A stretch of DNA of 64,000 nucleotides from Chthoniobacteraceae bacterium (GCA_040081625.1 JBEBGD010000011.1:1-64000); one strand, 5' to 3'. Numbered from the stretch's first letter, positions 9,940 to 19,993 are shown. A program made the numbers and translations. Notes: generated from the sequence alone by a model not told the origin.

Positions 9940-10496
9940 GCGGTCGGTTTCTCTACGCGGCAGACGGTCCGGCCGAGGATCACCGCGGCGAGGATGCCCT
10001 GCACGACGTAGTCGGCGATATACGGCAGCCAGTAGGAAACCGGGTACTCGAACCAGTTCCAGGTCGGCAGCCAGTAGGCGAGGCCGGCGAACAAACCGAT
10101 GTATGCCGAAAGCTGGATGGAGCCGCCGTAGCCGAGCCGCGCGTGGCCGAGGATGAAGGCGATCAGCGCCGCCTGCACGAGCGCGACGACGATCCCGCCC
10201 ACATACATCGACGCCATCGGCCGCGTGCTCGCGCCGGGGCGGATCATCGCGAGCATGAAGGGCCCGTCCGTCATCGCCTTCATGCACCCTTCGTCGCTGC
10301 GACGCGTGCCGTCGGTCTTCATCTTCGACGGCACCATGTAAACGCCCGGCTCGGTGATGCTCGACTTGATCGCCTCGGCGAGCGCCGCGTCGTTCGCGAC
10401 CTCCCTCGGGTAATGCCACGACAGCACACCCCACGAGATGAAGCCCCATGCGAAAATGGCGAGACCGGCGAGGAGGGTGCGGATGATCAGTTTCAT
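9936..10496 (-). CDS. Hypothetical integral membrane protein (~4 TM)
   Basis: Four hydrophobic segments; translationally coupled to the downstream sulfatase. Confidence 0.8.
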   Translation of the reverse strand: MKLIIRTLLAGLAIFAWGFISWGVLSWHYPREVANDAALAEAIKSSITEPGVYMVPSKMKTDGTRRSDEGCMKAMTDGPFMLAMIRPGASTRPMASMYVGGIVVALVQAALIAFILGHARLGYGGSIQLSAYIGLFAGLAYWLPTWNWFEYPVSYWLPYIADYVVQGILAAVILGRTVCRVEKPTA

Positions 10497-10654
10497 GAGG
10501 CGATTCGGCTCGAAACTACGCGGCGAGGCAAGGCGCGATTTGGCTGCGGTGCTCCCGGGGGACGACGCGCTGCTTTCCCTCGGCGACGCGCACGGAGAAC
10601 GCGGGAGTGCAGAGGGCGACGAGGAGTTTCATTGCGATGGTCTGCCGAAACTTG

Positions 10655-10791
10655 CCAGGAGACTGTTGAAACAGTCCACAGATTTCAGGACGCACACAGA
10701 TTCGTCGCGACAGTCCGTTCAGCTTCTCTGTGATAATCGGTGCAATCTGTGGACCACCACCGAGGCGTCGAGTTTTTCGACAGGCTGCTAG
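10655..10791. mobile_element. MITE-like non-autonomous element containing a REP-like palindrome
   Basis: Imperfect terminal IRs CCAGGAGACTGTTGAAACAGTC / GAGTTTTTCGACAGGCTGCTAG (16/22 match); internal perfect 11-bp IR GTCCACAGATT (10674-10684) / AATCTGTGGAC (10744-10754). Confidence 0.55.
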
Positions 10792-12449
10792 CGCAACGGC
10801 CACGGGCGCACCGCGACTTCCGCCGCCCATGCATCGTATTGAGCGGCCATCGTCCTGACGCGATCCGGCTGTGCCCCGGCGAGGTCGCGGGTCTCGGTTC
10901 GATCTGCCGCCATGTCGTAGAGCTCCCAGGTCTTGTTGTGCTTCGAGACGATTTTCCATTGGCCGTGGCGCACGGCGCGATTGCCTTCGTGCTCGAAGAA
11001 AATGGGGCGCGCGCGATTCAAGGGTTCGCCGGCCAACGCAGCGCGCAGGCTCACGCCCTCCGGCTTTTTGCGATCGGGAGGAATCGTCGCTCCGGACACG
11101 TCCAGCGCAGTCGCCATGAGATCGATCAAGTGCCCGGGCTGCGGCTCGAGCTTCCCCGCGCGAGCGGGCGGAATTCCCGCCGGCCAGTGCGCGATGAGCG
11201 GCGTGCTGATGCCGCCTTCGTGGACCCAGTGCTTGTATTCGCGAAATGGAGTGTTGCTGACATTCGCCCAGCCCAGCCCGTAGCCGATGAAAGTGTCCGC
11301 TCCGCCGGGCATCACGCCCTGGCCTTGCCGCACCGGATAGCCGTCGCGCGTTTGCTTCGGGATCATGTCGAACTGCAGCGCATCCGGTTTCATCGCGGGC
11401 AGCGTCGGGCCGTCCGCGCGTGGGACATTTTTCGCGCCGCGCCCCATGCCCTCGGCGCAGCCGCCATTGTCCTGGAGGAAGAAGATGAGCGTGTTGTCGA
11501 GCTGGCCGTTCTTTTCCAGCGCCGCGGTCAGGCGTCCGATGCCCTGGTCCATCTCATCGACCATCGCCGCATAGACTTCCATGCAGCGGATCTCCCACTC
11601 GCGATTTGCGACCTTCGACCAATCCCCGGCGGTCGGCACCGGGGTCCAGCGCGAGTCCACGAGCCCGAGTTCGCGACCACGGGCGAGCCGCGCGGCGCGG
11701 ATGGCATCGTAGCCCGCGTCGTAGCGGCCCTTGTATTTCGACACCGTCTTCTCGCGCGCGTGCATCGGCCAGTGCGCCGCCGTGTGCGCGACGTAGAGGA
11801 AGAACGGCTGCGGGCCATGATCGCGCCGATGCTCGGTCACGAAACGCACGGCATGGTCGTTGATCGCATCGGTATAAAAGAACTCGTCCGGCCGATACTC
11901 CGGGTCGGCAAAGGGCGAGATCAGCGCGTTGTCGCGCGTGAGCGAATTCGGATCGAAGAAACTGCCGGCGCCGTGAATCGTGCCGTAGAAGCGATCGAAG
12001 CCGCGTTGCAGGGGCCAGTTCCGCCTCTCCTCGTCATTGGTGGGGCGCGTCTTTTTCGTCACGTGCCACTTGCCCACCGCGTAGCTGCGGTAGCCGGCGG
12101 GCCGCAGCGCCTCGGCGATCGTCGAGCAGCGGGCGTCGAGTTCGCCACGATACGCGTCGCTGCCCTTGTCCTCCATCATGTGCCCGATGCCGGCTTGATG
12201 CGGATAGACGCCGGTGAGCAGCGATGCCCGCGTGGGGCAGCAGCGTGCCGTGTTGTAAAACTGCGTGAACCGCACGCCGCGCGAGGCGAGCCGGTCGAGA
12301 TTCGGCGTCGCGATCTCGCCACCATAGCAAGCGAGGTCGGACCAGCCCATGTCGTCGCTCATGATGATGACGATGTTCGGACGTTCCGCCGCGACCACGG
12401 TGACGAGCGTCGCGCAAAGCGTCGCGACGAGGGGGAGCGTGGGTCTCAT
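10788..12449 (-). CDS. Arylsulfatase
   Basis: Signal peptide; PNIVIIMSDDMG; CCPTR; GKWH; DNG. Confidence 0.95.
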   Translation of the reverse strand: MRPTLPLVATLCATLVTVVAAERPNIVIIMSDDMGWSDLACYGGEIATPNLDRLASRGVRFTQFYNTARCCPTRASLLTGVYPHQAGIGHMMEDKGSDAYRGELDARCSTIAEALRPAGYRSYAVGKWHVTKKTRPTNDEERRNWPLQRGFDRFYGTIHGAGSFFDPNSLTRDNALISPFADPEYRPDEFFYTDAINDHAVRFVTEHRRDHGPQPFFLYVAHTAAHWPMHAREKTVSKYKGRYDAGYDAIRAARLARGRELGLVDSRWTPVPTAGDWSKVANREWEIRCMEVYAAMVDEMDQGIGRLTAALEKNGQLDNTLIFFLQDNGGCAEGMGRGAKNVPRADGPTLPAMKPDALQFDMIPKQTRDGYPVRQGQGVMPGGADTFIGYGLGWANVSNTPFREYKHWVHEGGISTPLIAHWPAGIPPARAGKLEPQPGHLIDLMATALDVSGATIPPDRKKPEGVSLRAALAGEPLNRARPIFFEHEGNRAVRHGQWKIVSKHNKTWELYDMAADRTETRDLAGAQPDRVRTMAAQYDAWAAEVAVRPWPLR

Positions 12450-12453
12450 CGAA

Positions 12454-14076
12454 TTAATTCCCCGGAGGTTTCGCGGGCGCCTTGCGCTTTCCGCGAGGTT
12501 CTCCCGCGTCCGTGAATGGCGGATGCTCGAACGGCACGGGATCGGCGAGGCGCGGGTCGCCGGCTTCGCGCAGGCGCAGCATCAGTTCGTCGGCGAGCTT
12601 CTGCTTCTGCGCGGCGTAGGCGGGGTCGGCGGCGACGTTCTGCACCTGCTCGGGATCCTTGCTCAGGTCGTAGAGTTCCTCGGCGGGCCGCTTGCCGAAC
12701 GCGTAGTCGAAGTGCCACTTCCATTTCGGATCGTCGCGGTGCAGGACGACGAAGGCTTTCGTCGGGCTCGCGTCCATGTCGGGGAAGGCGACGTAGGTGC
12801 TCGATTCGAGTTCCTCCACGCCCGGCGAGCTGGTGCCGGTGGCGGAATACGGCGAGCCCATCGGCCAGCGGTCGGGCGCGAAATTGCGGATGTAGAGGAA
12901 GTCCGGCTTGCGCAGCGCGCGCATCGGGTAGGGCAGATTCTCCTCGCGCGCGGTGGCCACGTGCCGCTCGCGCCCGGTGATGACCCAATCGCGCTCGGGG
13001 TCGATCTGGCCTTGCTTCTCCGACTTCAGCAGCGGCAGCAGCGAACGTCCATAGAGCCCCTCGGGCGGTTTCACGCCGCCGATTTCCATGAAGGTCGGCG
13101 CGAGGTCCGGGATGCGCACGAGATCGTCGATCACGCGCCCCGCCTTGCCGCCCGGAAAACGAATCGCGAGCGTCACGCCGGTGCCAAAGTCGTAGAGATT
13201 GCACTTGCCCGCCGGCACGCCGGGGTAGCCGTGATCGCCGCTGAGCACGATGACCGTGCGCTCGAGTTCGCCCGCCGCCTCGAGCTTCGCGAGCAGCGCG
13301 CCCACGCACGCATCGACCGCCTGGCATTCGCCGAGATAATCCGCGAAGTCCTCGCGCACCTCGTGAACGTCGGGCAGAAACTTTGGCATCTTCCCCTTCA
13401 ACGCGTCGGGCTCGATCCCCCACTGCGCCTTGCCTGAGCCCTTCACCCACACGCGATGCGTCGTGGTCGTGCCGAACTGATACAGCCACGGCTGCCCCGG
13501 CTTCCGGTCGGCGAGGAACGCGTCGAAGTTCCCGCGCACCTGATCGAGGATTTTCTCCCGCGCCGCCGCCGCCGTCAGCCCGGTCGCGACGAGCTTCCCG
13601 GTCTCCTCGGAGAAGTTGTTCGGCGCGCGCCCGGCCTTCTCATACGCGTATTTCTGCTCGCCGAAGGGCGCGTCGCCGGGCGTGCCGGGGCTCCAGATTT
13701 TGTAGCTCTTGCCGATGTGATACCCCGCGTCGCGCAGCATCAGCGGATAGCTCGGGATCGCCGGGTCCCACACCGCGCCATTGAGGATGGCGCCGCGGCC
13801 GGTGTTGAAAAAGAAGCGCCCCGACATGAGCGACGAGCGGCAAGGCGTGCAGCTCGGCGAATTCACGAACGCATGCCGAAACAGCGCCCCCTCCCGCGCG
13901 ATGCGATCGACGTGCGGCGTCTTGATCACGTCATTGACCGAAGGTTTCCCATCCGCCTTCGCGTAAGCGCTGGCGAACCGGCCCCAGTCGTCCGCGAAGA
14001 CGAAGAGGATGTTCAGCCGCTCGGCGGCGAAGGCGGACGTGGAGACGAGGACGAGGATGAGGGTGAGGAGGCGCAT
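12454..14076 (-). CDS. Sulfatase
   Basis: Start reassigned to MRLLTLIL (signal peptide); NILFVFADD; CTPCR; GDHG. Confidence 0.93.
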   Translation of the reverse strand: MRLLTLILVLVSTSAFAAERLNILFVFADDWGRFASAYAKADGKPSVNDVIKTPHVDRIAREGALFRHAFVNSPSCTPCRSSLMSGRFFFNTGRGAILNGAVWDPAIPSYPLMLRDAGYHIGKSYKIWSPGTPGDAPFGEQKYAYEKAGRAPNNFSEETGKLVATGLTAAAAREKILDQVRGNFDAFLADRKPGQPWLYQFGTTTTHRVWVKGSGKAQWGIEPDALKGKMPKFLPDVHEVREDFADYLGECQAVDACVGALLAKLEAAGELERTVIVLSGDHGYPGVPAGKCNLYDFGTGVTLAIRFPGGKAGRVIDDLVRIPDLAPTFMEIGGVKPPEGLYGRSLLPLLKSEKQGQIDPERDWVITGRERHVATAREENLPYPMRALRKPDFLYIRNFAPDRWPMGSPYSATGTSSPGVEELESSTYVAFPDMDASPTKAFVVLHRDDPKWKWHFDYAFGKRPAEELYDLSKDPEQVQNVAADPAYAAQKQKLADELMLRLREAGDPRLADPVPFEHPPFTDAGEPRGKRKAPAKPPGN

Positions 14077-14166
14077 GGCGGAGAGGTGGGAGTAAAGCGG
14101 CCCGGTGCGCGTGTGGGAATACCGACGTTTGCGTGGGCGAGCGACTCGGCGCATGTCGTCAAAGTG

Positions 14167-15261
14167 CTACCGCAACAACTTGAACGGACGGCACTGCTTC
14201 AGCGATTCCCGGCTGGGCACCTGAAAGCCGAGTTCGATTCGCCCTTCGTGCTTCAACTCCGAAAGAACTGACCTCGCGTGTTTCGGCAACATTCCGTTCT
14301 CGAGGCAGAACAAATACAGCCCTCGTTCGTCGCTGAGAAGACCCGCAAGAATTGCGCGCCGCAACTTCACCTCGAAAATCTTTGTCTTCATCGGCTTCTC
14401 GAACATATCGAGCGCGAGATATGGCGCCTCGTCACGAAACTCCTCGCGATTCAAATCGTAGTCGGCTTCGCCGTTCAACTTGTCCTTCTGCCACGCGACG
14501 CTGAGGAATTGCTCCATCCCTCGTGGGTGACCACTCCCAAAAATCACTGCATAAACGTTGCTACCTTTGAGGAAGGAGAACGGCGCGAGGTAGTATTCGC
14601 GTCCTGCTGGCACTCGCTCGCGATACCAGTCGTAAATCTTGCGGTGTGCGTGGTAGTAATCGCGAGCCCGTTCTAGCTCCTCGTATTGCCGGACCACGAT
14701 CGGATGGTCAGCGAAGCGGTGGAGATGTTGTGTCGAAATGAAGAAGAGAAAATCTGTCGTCGGGCAGCCAGTGAGCGTCCGAAAAATATCTGCATCCACT
14801 TCTTTGAACCCATACTGATCGAGGATGACGAGGCAGGCCGTATCGCTGTCACGTAACACGGACAAATTGGCATTGAACCGTGATTGAAAATCCCCCGGTG
14901 TGCAATCGAGCGCCAAGCCGGGCAGCGCTTCGGCGAGGCGGCGCTCCGCTGCGATTGATTTCAAACGCCGAACCTTTTCCGCATCGTTGTCGGAAAACGA
15001 AACGCTCACGTGAATCCCTTTCGACCGCACTTGTGGCCAGCACTCGCGCAGTTCGGTCAGAATACGAAGCGGGCTTCCAGGCTGCCCGGTGCAATCTTCG
15101 CCAGCGCCGCAGAAGAAATCGAAAATGTGCAGACGCTTCCAAATCGGTTCTGGAGGCGCGGTGAACACCGGCAGCCACGCACGAGTGTAGAGTTGAAATA
15201 GGTCCAGCTTCGTCAGCGTCCCTTCTGCGAATGGTTGCGATTCTATTTCCTCCCGCGGCAT
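14167..15261 (-). CDS. tcmP: Three-Cys-motif partner protein TcmP (SAM-methyltransferase-like)
   Basis: TLTKL..F..Y...W N-terminus; IFDFFCGAG motif I; GSPL; LDQYG; adjacent to a DUF5131 gene; lower GC. Confidence 0.85.
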   Translation of the reverse strand: MPREEIESQPFAEGTLTKLDLFQLYTRAWLPVFTAPPEPIWKRLHIFDFFCGAGEDCTGQPGSPLRILTELRECWPQVRSKGIHVSVSFSDNDAEKVRRLKSIAAERRLAEALPGLALDCTPGDFQSRFNANLSVLRDSDTACLVILDQYGFKEVDADIFRTLTGCPTTDFLFFISTQHLHRFADHPIVVRQYEELERARDYYHAHRKIYDWYRERVPAGREYYLAPFSFLKGSNVYAVIFGSGHPRGMEQFLSVAWQKDKLNGEADYDLNREEFRDEAPYLALDMFEKPMKTKIFEVKLRRAILAGLLSDERGLYLFCLENGMLPKHARSVLSELKHEGRIELGFQVPSRESLKQCRPFKLLR

Positions 15262-15264
15262 CTC

Positions 15265-16152
15265 TCAATTCGCGGCGAGCATTTCGCCCCGCCGCCCTGT
15301 CATTGCGATCCCTTTCGGCCGTTCGTCCCATGTTCGGCCATCGAGCCTGCGACCGGCGTTCTTCTTCCCCTTTGCCTCCATAAACACGTCCTGACGCGAA
15401 CCCTCATCCCAAAAAACCTCCGTGCCTCTCGTCGTTCGTGAACGAGCAGCAGGCGCCCAATGCCCCCACTGTTTGAAGTGAAACAGAATCTTTGTGTCGC
15501 GGCATTGGTCCCGAAGTCTCCGGACCCAGCCGGGAAGCATGGGCCGCGCAGATGGACCGCTTTCGCCACCGGCGATGACCCAATCGATCGGATACAGCGA
15601 TGCAGTGCGTCGCATGGTCCACTCCGATAAGTCGAGGGCACCGAGCAGCGGCTCGCAGGAAAGGAATCGGCGGGCAGAAGGATGAGAAAGTAAGTGCGGC
15701 AAGCGACGCTCAGCCCATTCCTGATTCTCGACCGTTGTTCCGAGCCAAACATTCGACGGCCATTTGCTGGTCCAAGGCACGAGCCGCCCGATGTTTTCGG
15801 GACGCTTGGTTAGGAGCAGCCAGTCGAGCCACGGCGTCTGCGAGATTCGCTGCCAAAGCTTTCCGCGCTCGGCGTCGAGGTCAGTGCGTGCCTCGAATAC
15901 GTCCGCCATCGAGGCACAAAAGACACGCATTCGCGATCGTGTCGCCGCGGCTTCGGTATTCCAACGGAGCGGCTCCTGCCAGTGTTTGTCGCCAAAGGTT
16001 TTGCGCGTTGCTTTTGCACCCCAGAGATCGCCCCCGAATCGCGCGGCCCAAGCCTCTGCGTAACAGTGAGTGCAGGCGGGCGAAACCTTCGCACAACCCC
16101 ACCAAGGATTGAACGTGTGCTCTGTCCACTCGATGGATGTGTTTTTACCCAT
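15265..16152 (-). CDS. DUF5131 / phage Gp37-Gp68 family protein (radical-SAM-like, three-Cys motif)
   Basis: TSIEWT..TFNPWWGCAKVSPACTHCYAE; SMADVF; LLTKRP; FLSCEPLLG; DWVIAGGESG; FKQWG. Confidence 0.92.
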   Translation of the reverse strand: MGKNTSIEWTEHTFNPWWGCAKVSPACTHCYAEAWAARFGGDLWGAKATRKTFGDKHWQEPLRWNTEAAATRSRMRVFCASMADVFEARTDLDAERGKLWQRISQTPWLDWLLLTKRPENIGRLVPWTSKWPSNVWLGTTVENQEWAERRLPHLLSHPSARRFLSCEPLLGALDLSEWTMRRTASLYPIDWVIAGGESGPSARPMLPGWVRRLRDQCRDTKILFHFKQWGHWAPAARSRTTRGTEVFWDEGSRQDVFMEAKGKKNAGRRLDGRTWDERPKGIAMTGRRGEMLAAN

Positions 16153-16219
16153 AACGCAGGAACTACGTGCTCGATATTGGCCCGTTTTGGAAGCCGATTC
16201 TCGGCACGACGTCCCGCCC

Positions 16220-17299
16220 TCACCCCACCTTCCGCAACTTCGTCACGCGCCCGGTCTGCACCCACTCGGCGACGAAGATGTTGCCTTCGTTGTCGAAACA
16301 CGCGTCGTGCGGGTGGAGGAATTTGCCGGAGACCCAGCCTTCACCCTTCTCCTCCTTGCGCAGTTTCATGCCGTCCTTGAGCACCTGCGCGCGCCACGCC
16401 TCGTCTTCGCCGAGGTGGGTGATGACCTGGTCGTCCCTGCCGAGCAACGTGATGCGCGCGCTGAGGTCGGGCACGAGCAGCACGTCGCCGCGCTGGTCGA
16501 TGTTTGCGGGCAGGATGAAGCCGCCGAGCGTCTTGAGATGTTTGCCTTCGAGTGTGAACCACTGGAGCCGCTTGTTCGCGCGGTCGGCGACGACGACCGA
16601 CGGCTCCTTGCCGGGGCGCGAGTCGAGCCAGAGGCCGTGAGGGGTGTTGAACTCACCGTCGGCTTTGCCCGGACGGCCGAAGGCCCAGAGCCATTTTCCA
16701 TCCTTGTCGTAGCGATGGATGCGCCATGCGCCGTAGCCGTCGGCGAGGAAGAACCCGCCATCGTCGGTGAAGGCGTAGTTCGTCGGCATGAAGGAGTCGC
16801 GGCCCCATCGGCGCTCGGGCTTGGTGTCTTCGCCGGCGAGATAGACGCCCGACATCATCGGCGCGCGCTTTTCCCACACGACCTCGCCCTTGAGCGTGAG
16901 CTTCGAGAATGTCTTCACCTGCTGATACGCGGTGACGTAGAGGAACTGCTCCTTCCCCTCGGTGCGCACTTCGAGCCCGTGCCCGCCGCCTTGGAATTGA
17001 TTGCCGAATGCGCGCACGAATTTCCCCGCGCCGTCGAAGACGAAGATCGACGGGTGATCCTTCAAGTTCTCGCGGCCTTCGTGGATGACGTAGAGCAAGC
17101 CCTCGCGATCCACGGCGACGTTGTGCGTGGTTTGCCACGAGTATTTGTCCGGGAGCTGCGGCCACGCGTGATGCACTTCGTAGCGATGCGCGCCGGTGCC
17201 GATGACGAGCTGTGTGTCGGACTTCTGCGCGGTGAGCACGCGCGGGGCGGCGATGGCGGCGGCGGTGGTGGCGAGGAAGCGGCGGCGGGAGGTGTTCAT
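16220..17299 (-). CDS. Tat-exported NHL-repeat beta-propeller protein (PAL-like)
   Basis: SRRRFL Tat motif; ADGYG; FNTPHG; VADRAN; HPHD. Confidence 0.85.
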   Translation of the reverse strand: MNTSRRRFLATTAAAIAAPRVLTAQKSDTQLVIGTGAHRYEVHHAWPQLPDKYSWQTTHNVAVDREGLLYVIHEGRENLKDHPSIFVFDGAGKFVRAFGNQFQGGGHGLEVRTEGKEQFLYVTAYQQVKTFSKLTLKGEVVWEKRAPMMSGVYLAGEDTKPERRWGRDSFMPTNYAFTDDGGFFLADGYGAWRIHRYDKDGKWLWAFGRPGKADGEFNTPHGLWLDSRPGKEPSVVVADRANKRLQWFTLEGKHLKTLGGFILPANIDQRGDVLLVPDLSARITLLGRDDQVITHLGEDEAWRAQVLKDGMKLRKEEKGEGWVSGKFLHPHDACFDNEGNIFVAEWVQTGRVTKLRKVG

Positions 17300-17318
17300 G
17301 GGAAGTGGATGCGCGAGC

Positions 17319-18683
17319 CTAGGCAGCCGGCAGGCTCACGGTAAAGGTCGCACCGCTCCCTGCTTCACTCGTCGCCCGAATGCTCCCGCCGTGGGCCAGC
17401 ACGATCGCTTTCGCGATGGCGAGCCCGAGTCCGCTGTGGCTGCCGCTGCGGGCTTTGTCGGCGCGATGAAACCGCTCGAAAAGGTGCGGCAAGTCGGCGT
17501 CGGCGATGCCGGGGCCGGTGTTGCTCACGCTCAGCGTGGTCGTGCCGTTGGTGCGCGTCGTCGCGATGCGGACCTCGCCCCCGTCGTGGTTGTAGTCGAT
17601 TGCGTTGCTCAGCAGATTCGTCACGACTTGCGCGAGGCGCTCCGCATCGCCGCGGCATGCGGCGGCGGAAAGTGCTGCGTGGATCGTAATGCCGCGCGTG
17701 GCGGCGAGCGGGCGAATGAGTTCGGTGCAATCGGCGGCGATCGTGGCGAGGTCGGACTCGTCGCGGCGCAGCGGCTCCTGGCCGGCGTCGAGGCGGGCGA
17801 GTTCGAGGAGCGATTCGATGAGCCGGCGCATCCGCTGCGTCGCGCGCTGGCAGGCTTCGAGTGTCTCGCGGTATTCGGCGGCGGGACGTTCGCGGGCGAG
17901 GGCGGATTGCGTCTGCGTGAGCATCACGGAGATGGGCGTGCGGAGCTCGTGCGCGGCGTCGGCGGTGAAGCGCGCCTGCTGCGTGAACGCCGCGTCGAGG
18001 CGGGCGAAGGTCGAGTTTAGCAAGCCGGCGAGGTGACCGAGTTCGCTGTCGGTCTCCGTGGTGCTGATGCGCTGCGCGAGGTCGCCGGCGGCGATCTTCG
18101 CGGCCGTGGAGCTGATGTCTTCCACTGGCCGGATCGCGCGCGAAGCGAGCCACCAGCCGACGACGAGTCCCGCACCGAGCACCACTCCGCCGACGGCGGC
18201 GAGCGCGGCGGCCAGCGTGCGCAGCTCGGCCCGATCGGCAGCGATTGAGCGGCCCACGAGCACGCAGTTGACCGGCGCGGCGAAGAGGAACGACTCGCGA
18301 AAATCGTCGCGCATCCGCGCGACGGCGTCGCGGCCGATTGGCTTCGGCACGTCTGCGGGCGCATTGGGTGAAGTGGCGATCGGCTCCTTGCCCTGCATCC
18401 AAATGGCGAAGTAGTAGCCTTCGTGGCCGCCGAAGAGCGCGGCCTGCTCGGGCGTGAGACGCACCTCGATCGGCTGCCGACGCTCGCCCCCGCGCTCGGG
18501 CCCGGCACGCAGCGCATCCACGAGCGTGGAGATGCGCTGCTGGAGTCCTTCATCGATCCGTCGGAACTGCCGCGCACTTTCCAAATGAAATGCGGTGAAG
18601 CCAAAGCCGCACAGCACCGCGACGAGCAGCGCGCCATACCAGAGCTGCAAGCGCCAGCGGATGGATCGAGGAAAGCGCATCAT
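17319..18683 (-). CDS. Sensor histidine kinase (2 TM, HAMP, HisKA, HATPase)
   Basis: FTADAAHELRTP H-box; NLLSNA N-box; NTGPGI; GLGLAI. Confidence 0.95.
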   Translation of the reverse strand: MMRFPRSIRWRLQLWYGALLVAVLCGFGFTAFHLESARQFRRIDEGLQQRISTLVDALRAGPERGGERRQPIEVRLTPEQAALFGGHEGYYFAIWMQGKEPIATSPNAPADVPKPIGRDAVARMRDDFRESFLFAAPVNCVLVGRSIAADRAELRTLAAALAAVGGVVLGAGLVVGWWLASRAIRPVEDISSTAAKIAAGDLAQRISTTETDSELGHLAGLLNSTFARLDAAFTQQARFTADAAHELRTPISVMLTQTQSALARERPAAEYRETLEACQRATQRMRRLIESLLELARLDAGQEPLRRDESDLATIAADCTELIRPLAATRGITIHAALSAAACRGDAERLAQVVTNLLSNAIDYNHDGGEVRIATTRTNGTTTLSVSNTGPGIADADLPHLFERFHRADKARSGSHSGLGLAIAKAIVLAHGGSIRATSEAGSGATFTVSLPAA

Positions 18684-19333
18684 GCCTCGATGCAGTAGCC
18701 GTGGCCGCGCCGCGTGGCGATGAAGTCGTGGCCGAGTTTCTTGCGCACGTTGGAGACATGCACGTCGAGCAGGTTCGAGAGCGTGTCGTCGCGTTCGTCG
18801 AAAAGATGCTCATAGAGCGCCGTCCGCGTGACGACTTCGCCACGGTGCAGCGCGAGATACTCCACGAGCGCATACTCGCGCGCCGTGAGCACGACGGGCT
18901 TCCTTCGACGCGAAACGGTGCGCGCGGCGATGTCGATGCACGCGTCGCCGATCTCGATCACCGAGCGCGCCTCGCTCGCGCTTCGGCGGATCAGCGCACG
19001 CAGCCGCGCGAGCAGTTCGGGAAGATCGAATGGCTTCACGAGATAGTCGTCCGCGCCGATGTCGAGCCCGCGCACGCGATCCGCCGAGCGATCGCGCGCG
19101 GTGAGCAGCAGCACCGGCGTCTTCTTCGCCGCGCGCAAGCGTCGCAGCACCTCCCAGCCGTCGAGTCGCGGCAGCATCACATCGAGCACGACCGCGTCGT
19201 AGCTCACGCTCTCGGCCTTGAAGAGTCCGTCCTCGCCGTCCTCCGCCGTGTCCACGGCATAGCCCTCCTCGCGCAGCGACCGCGCGAGGCCGCGGAGCAG
19301 ATCGGGTTCATCTTCGACGACGAGAATTCGCAT
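18680..19333 (-). CDS. OmpR-family response regulator
   Basis: ILVVEDE; VLDVMLP; LTAR; GADDYLVKPF; winged-helix C-terminus TRRGHGY. Confidence 0.96.
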   Translation of the reverse strand: MRILVVEDEPDLLRGLARSLREEGYAVDTAEDGEDGLFKAESVSYDAVVLDVMLPRLDGWEVLRRLRAAKKTPVLLLTARDRSADRVRGLDIGADDYLVKPFDLPELLARLRALIRRSASEARSVIEIGDACIDIAARTVSRRRKPVVLTAREYALVEYLALHRGEVVTRTALYEHLFDERDDTLSNLLDVHVSNVRKKLGHDFIATRRGHGYCIEA

Positions 19334-19345
19334 GAGGTGGCTGGG

Positions 19346-19380
19346 AAGGTGGCTGCTCCTACCTTAAGCGCAGATGAAGC
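19346..19380 (-). promoter_or_regulatory. Putative OmpR-type binding box and promoter (autoregulation)
   Basis: Minus strand GCTTCA-tctgcg-CTTAAGGT-ag-GAGCAG-c-CACCTT; near-identical copy at 21246-21280. Confidence 0.55.
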
Positions 19381-19453
19381 TCGCGTGGAATTGCGCGGGC
19401 GCGTGACTGCGTTGTCATACAAAGTCGGGGCGGGGGCACTCATCCCCAAATGC

Positions 19454-19993
19454 ATGACCGCACGCCCGGAACTGATCGATCAACTTGCCGCGCTTCACGA
19501 CGACGCGTTCGGCTGGGCGGTCGCGTGTTGCAGCGGGGATGCCGACGCGGCGGCGGATGCGTTGCAGGATTCCTACGTGAAGGTGGCGACGGGCCGCGCG
19601 GCGTTTGGCGGCAGGTCGTCGTTGAAGACGTGGTGGCTGGGCGTGGTGCGCTTCACGGCGCTGGAGCGTCGGCGCGGGCAGCATCGCTGGATGCGGGCGG
19701 TCGAGGTGTTTCGGGAGTGGATGGAGCATTCACGCGACGACTCGCCGGAGCCGGAGGAATTGTCGGCGACGCCGGATGCGAACCAACTGGCGGCGGCGCT
19801 GGCGCAATTGCCGGCGCGGCAGGCGGAGGTGTTGCATCTGGCTTTCGCGCAGGGGCTGAGCTTGAGCGAGGCGGCTGCGGTGATGGGCGTGTCGGTCGGC
19901 TCTGCCCGGCAGCATTACGACCGGGCGAAGAAACGGCTCCGCATCCTGCTCGCCGCGGCTGCACCAGCGGCGGTCTTTGACCATGCACCGTGA
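19454..19993 (+). CDS. ECF (sigma-70 group 4) RNA polymerase sigma factor
   Basis: AADALQDSYVK; F.GRSSLKTW; LAQLPARQAEVL; SLSEAAAVMGVSVGSARQH. Confidence 0.9.
   Translation: MTARPELIDQLAALHDDAFGWAVACCSGDADAAADALQDSYVKVATGRAAFGGRSSLKTWWLGVVRFTALERRRGQHRWMRAVEVFREWMEHSRDDSPEPEELSATPDANQLAAALAQLPARQAEVLHLAFAQGLSLSEAAAVMGVSVGSARQHYDRAKKRLRILLAAAAPAAVFDHAP

Noticed and set aside
15265..16152. Prophage suggested by the Gp37/Gp68 family name
   Set aside because: No integrase, structural or replication genes; flanks are host catabolic genes.
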